From assembly GCA_965235115.1 (NCBI GenBank), contig OZ249436.1, forward strand, positions 52,020,001 through 52,084,000: 64,000 bases of DNA, read 5' to 3'. Numbering within the stretch: the stretch's first letter is position 1; every line of letters begins with the position of its first letter. A program made the position numbers and the translations under genes. Origin of the DNA: Laetmonice hystrix (Eukaryota). Of the stretch, positions 1 to 12,000 are shown piece after piece. Under the pieces are notes generated by a model. It saw nothing but the letters and a program-made list of their open reading frames with translations, ran no database searches and was not told the origin of the DNA.

Positions 1-210
1 GGCTACATTTTTGATACGTCCAATCGAAACTACGCCCCCCATAATTATGATTCTTAGGCCAGATGTATGACTATCAAACGTATAGGTCTCGTACGTTCGC
101 TACAGATATATCTGGTTGTGATGTGTAGGCCAATGTACACTTCCCATTTGAGTATCTTTTCCAGATTTTAACATTAGATGCTCCTCGCCTGTAGCTTTCT
201 TTTTCCACAA

Positions 211-405
211 CCTCACTTTAGTGTTTGCATGGCTACTACGCCAGTCTGTAAGATGTAGGGACTTCTCACTCTACTGGTTGGCCTCCTACACTGCTTGGCC
301 CCACAGTGTACTGTTTGGCCTCACTGTAGTGTTCGCTTGGCTGCTAGGCCGGTCAGTATACCCTGTAGCGATTCCCCCTGTACTGTTTGGCCTCCCTGTA
401 CCGTT
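211..405. repeat. Degenerate internal sub-repeats within the monomer (first copy given)
   Basis: 211-242 resembles 319-350 (CCTCACTGTAGTGTTYGCWTGGCTRCTASGCC). TGTACTGTTTGGCCTC is exact at 307-322 and 379-394, with a variant TACTGGTTGGCCTC near 272. Confidence 0.85.
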
Positions 406-713
406 TGCTTGTATACAAGAGTAGCCAGTAGTATAGGGACGCCTCATGTTTCATGTTTCCATGCCTTTATTGTCCAGGAGGCAGGCCATACGTTTCGTCT
501 ATGTCATCTACTCCAATCTAATCTGTGTCCCCTACAGACCATCTGTAAGCGTCCGACAACGTTGTCAGGTCGTCCCAATGACTGTTTGCCGTAAAGGTTT
601 AGTTAACAATGGCAAATGACGTTTTACGCCTTTTCTATATCAGATATCCCATCCCCAAGTAACAAACAAACAAAGAAGGATGACACAGAGATGTTGCAGG
701 CAGAAAACACCAG

Positions 714-827
714 GGTGCAGTGAAGGGGCGGCGGCCGCTGCGACTGCACTGCTACCTTCCGGCTAGCGGTGGAACCACCACCTGGCCGGGCTGGCAGGCA
801 CCTGTGGCTCTGAGGCGAGAGACAGGT
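714..827 (+). other. GC-rich three-hairpin cassette present in each monomer (first copy given); candidate structured RNA/DNA element of unknown family
   Basis: Stem 1: GGTGCAGT(714-721)/ACTGCACT(743-750) with inner GCGGC/GCTGC. Stem 2: CTGCTA/TGGCAG, CCGGCTAG/CTGGCCGG and GGTGG/CCACC (749-797). Stem 3: ACCTGT..CTCT/AGAG..ACAGGT (800-827). Confidence 0.45.
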
Positions 828-1663
828 TAAAGCAATGATAAGCGAAGAAAGGCTACATTTTTGATACGTCCAATCGAAACTACGCCCCCCCCCCCCATAA
901 TTATGATTCTTAGGCCAGATGTATGACTATCAAACGTATAGGTCTCGTACGTTCGCTCCAGATATATCTGGTTGTGATGTGTAGGCCAATGTACACTTCC
1001 CATTTGAGTATCTTTTCCAGATTTTAACATTAGATGCTCCTCGCATGTAGCTTTCTTTTTCCACAACCTCACTGTAGTGTTTGCATGGCTACTACGCCAG
1101 TCTGTAAGATGTAGGGACTTCTCACTCTACTGGTTGGCCTCCTACACTGCTTGGCCCCACAGTGTACTGTTTGGCCTCACTGTAGTGTTCGCTTGGCTGC
1201 TAGGCCGGTCAGTATACCCTGTAGCGATTCCCCCTGTACTGTTTGGCCTCCCTGTACCGTTTGCTTGTATACAAGAGTAGCCAGTAGTATAGGGACGCCT
1301 CATGTTTCATGTTTCCATGCCTTTATTGTCCAGGAGGCAGGCCATACGTTTCGTCTATGTCATCTACTCCAATCTAATCTGTGTCCCCTACAGACCATCT
1401 GTAAGCGTCCGACAACGTTGTCAGGTCGTCCCAATGACTGTTTGCCGTAAAGGTTTAGTTAACAATGGCAAATGACGTTTTACGCCTTTTCTATATCAGA
1501 TATCCCATCTCCAAGTAACAAACAAACAAAGAAGGATGACACAGAGATGTTGCAGGCAGAAAACACCAGGGTGCAGTGAAGGGGCGGCGGCCGCTGCGAC
1601 TGCACTGCTACCTTCCGGCTAGCGGTGGAACCACCACCTGGCCGGGCTGGCAGGCACCTGTGG

Positions 1664-1934
1664 GTGGGGTGGGTGGGTATTTGGGGTTTTACGCCTTGCA
1701 ACAGCCAGGGTCATATCACGGCGGTGACGATGAGATGAAAGTCAGCTTTTCTTGGTGGAGGAAACCGGAGTACCCGGAGGAAACCACCGACCTTCGGGAA
1801 GGAACTGACTGACAAACCTTTCACACATGCAGCCCAGGCCGGGAATCGAACCCGGGTCGCAGCGGTGTGAGGCGATGGTCCTAGGTGTCATGATGGAGCC
1901 GACACCTTAGACCACTCGGCCACCCGAGGCCCCC
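1664..1934 (-). mobile_element. tRNA-derived SINE (271 bp) with a V/Meta-like central core, copy 1
   Basis: Minus strand starts GGGGGCCTCGGG, then A box TGGCCGAGTGG, B box GGTTCGATTCC, core GGTGGTTTCCTCCGGGTACTCCGGTTTCCTCCACC and an (ACCC)n-type tail. The TSD GCAGGCACCTGTGG lies at 1650-1663 and 1935-1948. Other monomers show the empty site. Confidence 0.95.
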
Positions 1935-4900
1935 GCAGGCACCTGTGGCTCTGAGGCGAGAGACAGGTTAAAGCAATGATAAGCGAAGAAAGGCTACATT
2001 TTTGATACGTCCAATCGAAACTACGCCCCCCCCCCCATAATTATGATTCTTAGGCCAGATGTATGACTATCAAACGTATAGGTCTCGTACGTTCGCTACA
2101 GATATATCTGGTTGTGATGTGTAGGCCAATGTACACTTCCCATTTGAGTACCTTTTCCAGATTTTAACATTAGATGCTCCTCGCCTGTAGCTTTCTTTTT
2201 CCACAACCTCACTGTAGTGTTTGCATGGCTACTACGCCAGTCTGTAAGATGTAGGGACTTCTCACTCTACTGGTTGGCCTCCTACACTGCTTGGCCCCAC
2301 AGTGTACTGTTTGGCCTCACTGTAGTGTTCGATTGGCTGCTAGGCCGGCCAGTATACCCTGTAGCGATTCCCCCTGTACTGTTTGGCCTCCCTGTACCGT
2401 TTGCTTGTATACAAGAGTAGCCAGTAGTATAGGGACGCCTCATGTTTCATGTTTCCATGCCTTTATTGTCCAGGAGGCAGGCAATACGTTTCGTCTATAT
2501 CATCTACTCCAATCTAATCTGTGTCCCCTACAGACCATCTGTAAGCGTCCGACAACGTTGTCAGGTCGTCCCAATGACTGTTTGCCGTAAAGGTTTAGTT
2601 ACCAATGGCAAATGACGTTTTACGCCTTTGCTATATCAGATATCCCATCCCCAAGTAACAAACAAACAAAGAAGGATGACACAGAGATGTTCCAGGCAGA
2701 AAACACCAGGGTGCAGTGAAGGGGCGGCGGCCGCTGCGACTGCACTGCTACCTTCCGGCTAGCGGTGAAACCACCACCTGACCGGGCTGGCAGGCACCTG
2801 TGGCTCTGAGGCGAGAGACAGGTTAAAGCAATGATAAGCGAAAAAAGGCTACATTTTTGATACGTCCAATCGAAACTACGCCCCCCATAATTATGATTCT
2901 TAGGCCAGATGTATGACTATCAAACGTATAGGTCTCGTACGTTCGCTACAGATATATCTGGTTGTGATGTGTAGGCCAATGTACACTTCCCATTTGAGTA
3001 TCTTTTCCAGATTTTAACATTAGATGCTCCTCGCCTGTAGCTTTCTTTTTCCACAACCTCACTTTAGTGTTTGCATGGCTACTACGCCAGTCTGTAAGAT
3101 GTAGGGACTTCTCACTCTACTGGTTGGCCTCCTACACTGCTTGGCCCCACAGTGTACTGTTTGGCCTCACTGTAGTGTTCGCTTGGCTGCTAGGCCGGTC
3201 AGTATACCCTGTAGCGATTCCCCCTGTACTGTTTGGCCTCCCTGTACCGTTTGCTTGTATACAAGAGTAGCCAGTAGTATAGGGACGCCTCATGTTTCAT
3301 GTTTCCATGCCTTTATTGTCCAGGAGGCAGGCCATACGTTTCGTCTATGTCATCTACTCCAATCTAATCTGTGTCCCCTACAGACCATCTGTAAGCGTCC
3401 GACAACGTTGTCAGGTCGTCCCAATGACTGTTTGCCGTAAAGGTTTAGTTAACAATGGCAAATGACGTTTTACGCCTTTTCTATATCAGATATCCCATCC
3501 CCAAGTAACAAACAAACAAAGAAGGATGACACAGAGATGTTGCAGGCAGAAAACACCAGGGTGCAGTGAAGGGGCGGCGGCCGCTGCGACTGCACTGCTA
3601 CCTTCCGGCTAGCGGTGGAACCACCACCTGGCCGGGCTGGCAGGCACCTGTGGCTCTGAGGCGAGAGACAGGTTAAAGCAATGATAAGCGAAGAAAGGCT
3701 ACATTTTTGATACGTCCAATCGAAACTACGCCCCCCCCCCCCATAATTATGATTCTTAGGCCAGATGTATGACTATCAAACGTATAGGTCTCGTACGTTC
3801 GCTCCAGATATATCTGGTTGTGATGTGTAGGCCAATGTACACTTCCCATTTGAGTATCTTTTCCAGATTTTAACATTAGATGCTCCTCGCATGTAGCTTT
3901 CTTTTTCCACAACCTCACTGTAGTGTTTGCATGGCTACTACGCCAGTCTGTAAGATGTAGGGACTTCTCACTCTACTGGTTGGCCTCCTACACTGCTTGG
4001 CCCCACAGTGTACTGTTTGGCCTCACTGTAGTGTTCGCTTGGCTGCTAGGCCGGTCAGTATACCCTGTAGCGATTCCCCCTGTACTGTTTGGCCTCCCTG
4101 TACCGTTTGCTTGTATACAAGAGTAGCCAGTAGTATAGGGACGCCTCATGTTTCATGTTTCCATGCCTTTATTGTCCAGGAGGCAGGCCATACGTTTCGT
4201 CTATGTCATCTACTCCAATCTAATCTGTGTCCCCTACAGACCATCTGTAAGCGTCCGACAACGTTGTCAGGTCGTCCCAATGACTGTTTGCCGTAAAGGT
4301 TTAGTTAACAATGGCAAATGACGTTTTACGCCTTTTCTATATCAGATATCCCATCTCCAAGTAACAAACAAACAAAGAAGGATGACACAGAGATGTTGCA
4401 GGCAGAAAACACCAGGGTGCAGTGAAGGGGCGGCGGCCGCTGCGACTGCACTGCTACCTTCCGGCTAGCGGTGGAACCACCACCTGGCCGGGCTGGCAGG
4501 CACCTGTGGCTCTGAGGCGAGAGACAGGTTAAAGCAATGGTAAGCGAAAAAAGGCTACATTTTTGATACGTCCAGTCGAAACTACGCCCCCCATAATTAT
4601 GATTCTTGGGCCAGATGTATGACTATCAAACGTATAGGTCTCGTACGTTCGCTACAGATATATCTGGTTGTGATGTGTAGGCCAATGTACACTTCCCATT
4701 TGAGTACCTTTTCCAGATTTTAACATTAGATGCTCCTCGCCTGTAGCTTTCTTTTTCCACAACCTCACTGTAGTGTTTGCATGGCTACTACGCCAGTCTG
4801 TAAGATGTACGGACTTCTCACTCTACTGGTTGGCCTCCTACACTGCTTGGCCCCACAGTGTACTGTTTGGCCTCACTGTAGTGTTCGCTTGGCTGCTAGG

Positions 4901-7900
4901 CCGGCCAGTATACCCTGTAGCGATTCCCCCTGTACTGTTTGGCCTCCCTGTACCGTTTGCGTGTATACAAGAGTAGCCAGTAGTATAGGGACGCCTCATG
5001 TTTCATGTTTCCATGCCTTTATTGTCCAGGAGGCAGGCAATACGTTTCGTCTATATCATCTACTCCAATCTAATCTGTGTCCCCTACAGACCATCTGTAA
5101 GCGTCCGACAACGTTGTCAGGTCGTCCCAATGACTGTTTGCCGTAAAGGTTTAGTTACCAATGGCAAATGACGTTTTACGCCTTTGCTATATCAGATATC
5201 CCATCCCCAAGTAACAAACAAACAAAGAAGGATTACACAGAGATGTTCCAGGCAGAAAACACCAGGGTGCAGTAAAGGGGCGGCGGCCGCTGCGACTGCA
5301 CTGCTACCTTCCGGCTAGCGGTGGAACCACCACCTGGCCGGGCTGGCAGGCACCTGTGTCTCTGAGGCGAGAGACAGGTTAAAGCAATGATAAGCGAAAA
5401 AAGGCTACATTTTTGATACGTCCAATCGAAACTACGCCACCCATAATTATGATTCTTGGGCCAGATGTATGACTATCAAACGTATAGGTCTCGTACGTTC
5501 GCTACAGATATATCTGGTTGTAATGTGTAGGCCAATGTACACTTCCCATTTGAGTATCTTTTCCAGATTTTAACATTAGATGCTCCTCGCCTGTAGCTTT
5601 CTTTTTCCACAACCTCACTGTAGTGTTTGCACGGCTACTATGCCAGTCTGTAAGATGTAGGGACTTCTCACTCTACTGGTTGGCCTCCTACACTGCTTGG
5701 CCCCACAGTGTACTGTTTGGCCTCACTGTAGTGTTCGCTTGGCTGCTAGGCCGGTCAGTATACCCTGTAGCGATTCCCCCTGTACTGTTTGGCCTCCCTG
5801 TACCGTTTGCTTGTATACAAGAGTAGCCAGTAGTATAGGGACGCCTCATGTTCCATGTTTCCATGCCTTTATTGTCCAGGAGGCAGGCCATACGTTTTGT
5901 CTATATCATCTACTCCAATCTAATCTGTGTCCCCTACAGACCATCTGTAAGCGTCCGACAACGTTGTCAGGTCGTCACAATGACTGTTTGCCGTAAAGGT
6001 TTAGTTAACAATGGCAAATGACGTTTTACGCCTTTTCTATATCAGATATCCCATCCCCAAGTAACAAACAAACAAAGAAGGATGACACAGAGATGTTGCA
6101 GGCAGAAAACACCAGGGTGCAGTGAAGGGGCGGCGGCCGCTGCGACTGCACTGCTACCTTCCGGCTAGCGGTGAAACCACCACCTGGCCGGGCTGGCAGG
6201 CACCTGTGGCTCTGAGGCGAGAGACAGGTTAAAGCAATGATAAGCGAAGAAAGGCTACATTTTTGATACGTCCAATCGAAACTACGCCCCCCCCCCCCAT
6301 AATTATGATTCTTAGGCCAGATGTATGACTATCAAACGTATAGGTCTCGTACGTTCGCTACAGATATATCTGGTTGTGATGTGTAGGCCAATGTACACTT
6401 CCCATTTGAGTACCTTTTCCAGATTTTAACATTAGATGCTCCTCGCCTGTAGCTTTCTTTTTCCACAACCTCACTGTAGTGTTTGCATGGCTACTACGCC
6501 AGTCTGTAAGATGTAGGGACTTCTCACTCTACTGGTTGGCCTCCTACCCTGCTTGGCCCCACAGTGTACTGTTTGGCCTCACTGTAGTGTTCGCTTGGCT
6601 GCTAGGCCGGCCAGCATACCCGGTAGCGATTCCCCCTGTACTGTTTGGCCTTCCTGTACCGTTTGCTTGTATACAAGAGTAGCCAGTAGTATAGGGACGC
6701 CTCATGTTTCATGTTTCCATGCCTTTATTGTCCAGGAGGCAGGCAATACGTTTCGTCTATATCATCTACTCCAATCTAATCTGTGTCCCCTAGAGACCAT
6801 CTGTAAGCGTCCGACAACGTAGTCAGGTCGTCACAATGACTGTTTGCCGTAAAGGTTTAGTTAACAATGGCAAATGACGTTTTACGCCTTTTCTATATCA
6901 GATATCCCATCCCCAAGTAACAAACAAACAAAGAAGGATGACACAGAGATGTTCCAGGCAGAAAACACCAGGGTGCAGTGAAGGGGCGGCGGCCGCTGCG
7001 ACTGCACTGCTACCTTCCGGCTAGCGGTGGAACCACCACCTGGCCGGGCTGGCAGGCACCTGTGGCTCTGAGGCGAGAGACAGGTTAAAGCAATGATAAG
7101 CGAAGAAAGGCTACATTTTTGATACGTCCAATCGAAACTACGCCCCCCCCCCCATAATTATGATTCTTAGGCCAGATGTATGACTATCAAACGTATAGGT
7201 CTCGTACGTTCGCTACAGATATATCTGGTTGTGATGTGTAGGCCAATGTACACTTCCCATTTGAGTACCTTTTCCAGATTTTAACATTAGATGCTCCTCG
7301 CCTGTAGCTTTCTTTTTCCACAACCTCGCTGTAGTGTTTGCATGGCTACTACGCCAGTCTGTAAGATGTAGGGACTTCTCACTCTACTGGTTGGCCTCCT
7401 ACACTGCTTGGCCCCACAGTGTACTGTTTGGCCTCACTGTAGTGTTCGCTTGGCTGCTAGGCCGGCCAGCATACCCGGTAGCGATTCCCCCTGTACTGTT
7501 TGGCCTTCCTGTACCGTTTGCTTGTATACAAGAGTAGCCAGTAGTCTAGGGACGCCTCATGTTCCATGTTTCCATGCCTTTATTGTCCAGGAGGCAGGCA
7601 ATACGTTTCGTCTATATCATCTACTCCAATCTAATCTGTGTCCCCTACAGACCATCTGTAAGCGTCCGACAATGTTGTCAGGTCGTCCCAATGACTGTTT
7701 GCCGTAAAGGTTTAGTTAACAATGGCAAATGACGTTTTACGCCTTTTCTATATCAGATATCCCATCCCCAAGTAACAAACAAAGAAAGAAAGATGACACA
7801 GAGATGTTGCAGGCAGAAAACACCAGGGTGCAGTGAAGGGGCGGCGGCCGCTGCGACTGCACTGCTACCTTCCGGCTAGCGGTGGAACCACCACCTGGCC

Positions 7901-8770
7901 GGGCTGGCAGGCACCTGTGGCTCTGAGGCGAGAGACAGGTTAAAGCAATGGTAAGCGAAAAAAGGCTACATTTTTGATACGTCCAGTCGAAACTACGCCC
8001 CCCATAATTATGATTCTTGGGCCAGATGTATGACTATCAAACGTATAGGTCTCGTACGTTCGCTACAGATATATCTGGTTGTGATGTGTAGGCCAATGTA
8101 CACTTCCCATTTGAGTACCTTTTCCAGATTTTAACATTAGATGCTCCTCGCCTGTAGCTTTCTTTTTCCACAACCTCACTGTAGTGTTTGCATGGCTACT
8201 ACGCCAGTCTGTAAGATGTACGGACTTCTCACTCTACTGGTTGGCCTACTACACTGCTTGGCCCCACAGTGTACTGTTTGGCCTCACTGTAGTGTTCGCT
8301 TGGCTGCTAGGCCGGTCAGTATTCCCTGTAGCGATTCCCCCTGTACTGTTTGGCCTCCCTGTACCGTTTGCTTGTATACAAGAGTAGCCAGTAGTATAGG
8401 GACGCCTCATGTTTCATGTTTCCATGCCTTTATTGTCCAGGAGGCAGGCCATACGTTTCGTCTATGTCATCTACTCCAATCTAATCTGTGTCCCCTACAG
8501 ACCATCTGTAAGCGTCCGACAACGTTGTCAGGTCGTCCCAATGACTGTTTGCCGTAAAGGTTTAGTTAACAATGGCAAATGACGTTTTACGCCTTTTCTA
8601 TATCAGATATCCCATCCCCAAGTAACAAACAAACAAAGAAGGATGACACAGAGATGTTGCAGGCAGAAAACACCAGGGTGCAGTGAAGGGGCGGCGGCCG
8701 CTGCGACTGCACTGCTACCTTCCGGCTAGCGGTGGAACCACCACCTGGCCGGGCTGGCAGGCACCTGTGG

Positions 8771-9041
8771 GTGGGGTGGGTGGGTATTTGGGGTTTTACG
8801 CCTTGCAACAGCCAGGGTCATATCACGGCGGTGAAGATGAGATGAAAGTCAGTTTTTCTTGGTGGAGGAAACCGGAGTACCCGGAGGAAACCACCGACCT
8901 TCGGGAAGGAACTGACTGACAAACCTTTCACACATGCAGCCCAGGCCGGGAATCGAACCAGGGTCGCAGCGGTGTGAGGCGATGGTCCTAGGTGTCATGA
9001 TGGAGCCGACACCTTAGACCACTCGGCCACCCGAGGCCCCC
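8771..9041 (-). mobile_element. tRNA-derived SINE, copy 2 (same insertion site, amplified with the array)
   Basis: Same 271-bp element with the same TSD (8757-8770 and 9042-9055). Confidence 0.95.
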
Positions 9042-12000
9042 GCAGGCACCTGTGGCTCTGAGGCGAGAGACAGGTTAAAGCAATGATAAGCGAAGAAAGG
9101 CTACATTTTTGATACCTCCAATCGAACCTACGCCCCCCCCCCATAATTATGATTCTTAGGCCAGATGTATGACTATCAAACGTATAGGTCTCGTACGTTC
9201 GCTACAGATATATCTGGTTGTGATGTGTAGGCCAATGTACACTTCCCATTTGAGTACCTTTTCCAGATTTTAACATTAGATGCTCCTCGCCTGTAGCTTT
9301 CTTTTTCCACAACCTCACTGTAGTGTTTGCATGGCTACTACGCCAGTCTGTAAGATGTAGGGACTTCTCACTCTACTGGTTGGCCTCCTACACTGCTTGG
9401 CCCCACAGTGTACTGTTTGGCCTCACTGTAGTGTTCGCTTGGCTGCTAGGCCGGCCAGTATACCCTGTAGCGATTGCCCCTGTACTGTTTGGCCTCCCTG
9501 TACCGTTTGCTTGTATACAAGAGTAGCCAGTAGTATAGGGACGCCTCATGTTTCATGTTTCCATGCCTTTATTGTCCAGGAGGCAGGCAATACGTTTCGT
9601 CTATATCATCTACTCCAATCTAATCTGTGTCCCCTACAGACCATCTGTAAGCGTCCGACAACGTTGTCAGGTCGTCCCAATGACTGTTTGCCGTAAAGGT
9701 TTAGTTACCAATGGCAAATGACGTTTTACGCCTTTGCTATATCAGATATCCCATCCCCAAGTAACAAACAAACAAAGAAGGATTACACAGAGATGTTCCA
9801 GGCAGAAAACACCAGGGTGCAGTAAAGGGGCGGCGGCCGCTGCGACTGCACTGCTACCTTCCGGCTAGCGGTGGAACCACCACCTGGCCGGGCTGGCAGG
9901 CACCTGTGGCTCTGAGGCGAGAGACAGGTTAAAGCAATAAGCGAAAAAAGGCTAAATTTTGATACGTCCAATCGAAACTACGCCCCCCATAATTATGATT
10001 CTTAGGCCAGATGTATGACTATCAAACGTATAGGTCTCGTACGTTCGCTACAGATATATCTGGTTGTAATGTGTAGGCCAATGTACACTTCCCATTTGAG
10101 TATCTTTTCCAGATTTTAACATTAGATGCTCCTCGCCTGTAGCTTTCTTTTTCCACAACCTCACTGTAGTGTTTGCACGGCTACTATGCCAGTCTGTAAG
10201 ATGTAGGGACTTCTCACTCTACTGGTTGGCCTCCTACACTGCTTGGCCCCACAGTGTACTGTTTGGCCTCACTGTAATGTTCGCTTGGCTGCTAGGCCGG
10301 TCAGTATACCCTGTAGCGATTCCCCCTGTACTGTTTGGCCTCCCTGTACCGTTTGCTTGTATACAAGAGTAGCCAGTAGTATAGGGACGCCTCATGTTTC
10401 ATGTTTCCATGCCTTTATTGTCCAGGAGGCAGGCCATACGTTTCGTCTATATCATCTACTCCAATCTAATCTGTGTCCCCTACAGACCATCTGTAAGCGT
10501 CCGACAACGTTGTCAGGTCGTCCCAATGACTTGTTTGCCGTAAAGGTTTAGTTAACAATGGCAAATGACGTTTTACGCCTTTTCTATATCAGATATCCCA
10601 TCCCCAAGTAACAAACAAACAAAGAAGGATGACACAGAGATGTTGCAGGCAGAAAACACCAGGGTGCAGTGAAGGGGCGGCGGCCGCTGCGACTGCACTG
10701 CTACCTTCCGGCTAGCGGTGGAACCACCACCTGGCCGGGCTGGCAGGCACCTGTGGCTCTGAGGCGAGAGACAGGTTAAAGCAATGATAAGCGAAGAAAG
10801 GCTACATTTTTGATACGTCCAATCGAAACTACGCCCCCCCCCCCCATAATTATGATTCTTAGGCCAGATGTATGACTATCAAACGTATAGGTCTCGTACG
10901 TTCGCTACAGATATATCTGGTTGTGATGTGTAGGCCAATGTACACTTCCCATTTGAGTACCTTTTCCAGATTTTAACATTAGATGCTCCTCGCCTGTAGC
11001 TTTCTTTTTCCACAACCTCACTGTAGTGTTTGCATGGCTACTACGCCAGTCTGTAAGATGTAGGGACTTCTCACTCTACTGGTTGGCCTCCTACACTGCT
11101 TGGCCCCACAGTGTACTGTTTGGCCTCACTGTAGTGTTCGCTTGGCTGCTAGGCCGGCCAGCATACCCGGTAGCGATTCCCCCTGTACTGTTTGGCCTTC
11201 CTGTACCGTTTGCTTGTATACAAGAGTAGTCAGTAGTATAGGGACGCCTCATGTTTCATGTTTCCCTGCCTTTATTGTCCAGGAGGCAGGCCATACGTTT
11301 CGTCTATATCATCTACTCCAATCTAACCTGTGTCCCCTACAGACCATCTGTAAGCGTCCGACAACGTTGTCAGGTCGTCCCAATGACTGTTTGCCGTCAA
11401 GGTTTAGTTAACAATGGCAAATGACGTTGTACGCCTTTTCTATATCAGATATCCCATCCCCAAGTAACAAACAAACAAAGAAGGATGACACAGAGATGTT
11501 GCAGGCAGAAAACACCAGGGTGCAGTGAAGGGGCGGCGGCCGCTGCGACTGCACTGCTACCTTCCGGCTAGCGGTGAAACCACCACCTGGCCGGGCTGGC
11601 AGGCACCTGTGGCTCTGAGGCGAGAGACAGGTTAAAGCAATGATAAGCGAAAAAAAGGCTACATTTTTGATACGTCTAATCGAAACTACGCCACCCATAA
11701 TTATGATTCTTAGGCCAGATGTATGACGATCAAACGTATAGGTCTCGTACGTTCGCTACAGATATATCTGGTAAGTTGTGATGTGTAGGCCAATGTACAC
11801 TTCCCATTTGAGTATCTTTTCCAGATTCTAACATTAGATGCTCCTCGCCTGTAGCTTTCTTTTTCCACAACCTCACTGTAGTGTTTGCATGGCTACTACG
11901 CCAGTCTGTAAGATGTAGGGACTTCTCACTCTACTGGTTGGCCTCCTACACTGCTTGGCCCCACAGTGTACTGTTTGGCCTCACTGTAGTGTTCGCTTGG

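Noticed and set aside
1..60. Sm site (ATTTTTGA) or CCAAT/GC/TATA promoter cluster next to the hairpin cassette
   Set aside because: The motifs are short and vary among monomers (TTTTTTATA, TCTAAT, CCAGT), and no snRNA or SL RNA architecture is recognisable.
99..200. HDV-like ribozyme (GCTACAG/CTGTAGC as P1, TCCTCGC as L3) or hammerhead in the monomer
   Set aside because: There is no P3 pairing and no GG for P1.1 after P1. I found no CTGANGA hammerhead core on either strand.
165..544. Possible exon pair per monomer (83 nt at 165-247 plus a 7-nt micro-exon at 538-544) giving an open 30-codon repeat
   Set aside because: The frame fit has about a 1-in-3 chance. The donor is destroyed in several copies (CATCTCTAAG), the acceptor is altered in others (CTAGAGACC), and a TAG stop occurs near 39894. 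Spliced RNA-seq reads would be needed to revive it.
221..594. Repeated 67-aa and 99-aa ORFs (and the minus-strand ORFs) in each monomer
   Set aside because: Most use GTG or TTG starts in eukaryote-like DNA, overlap each other and resemble no domain I know. They are freely broken by frameshifts, stops and TE insertions among copies.
716..750. SECIS-like GTGA...GA motif in hairpin 1
   Set aside because: Helix II is too short and the apical AA is missing.
783..822. Resemblance of GCCGGGCTGGCAGGCACCTGTGG...TGAGGC to Alu/7SL
   Set aside because: The match is short, gapped and GC-rich, and the rest of 7SL is absent.
1830..1934. tRNA gene
   Set aside because: The A and B boxes belong to a SINE head with core, tail and TSD, and there is no canonical cloverleaf.
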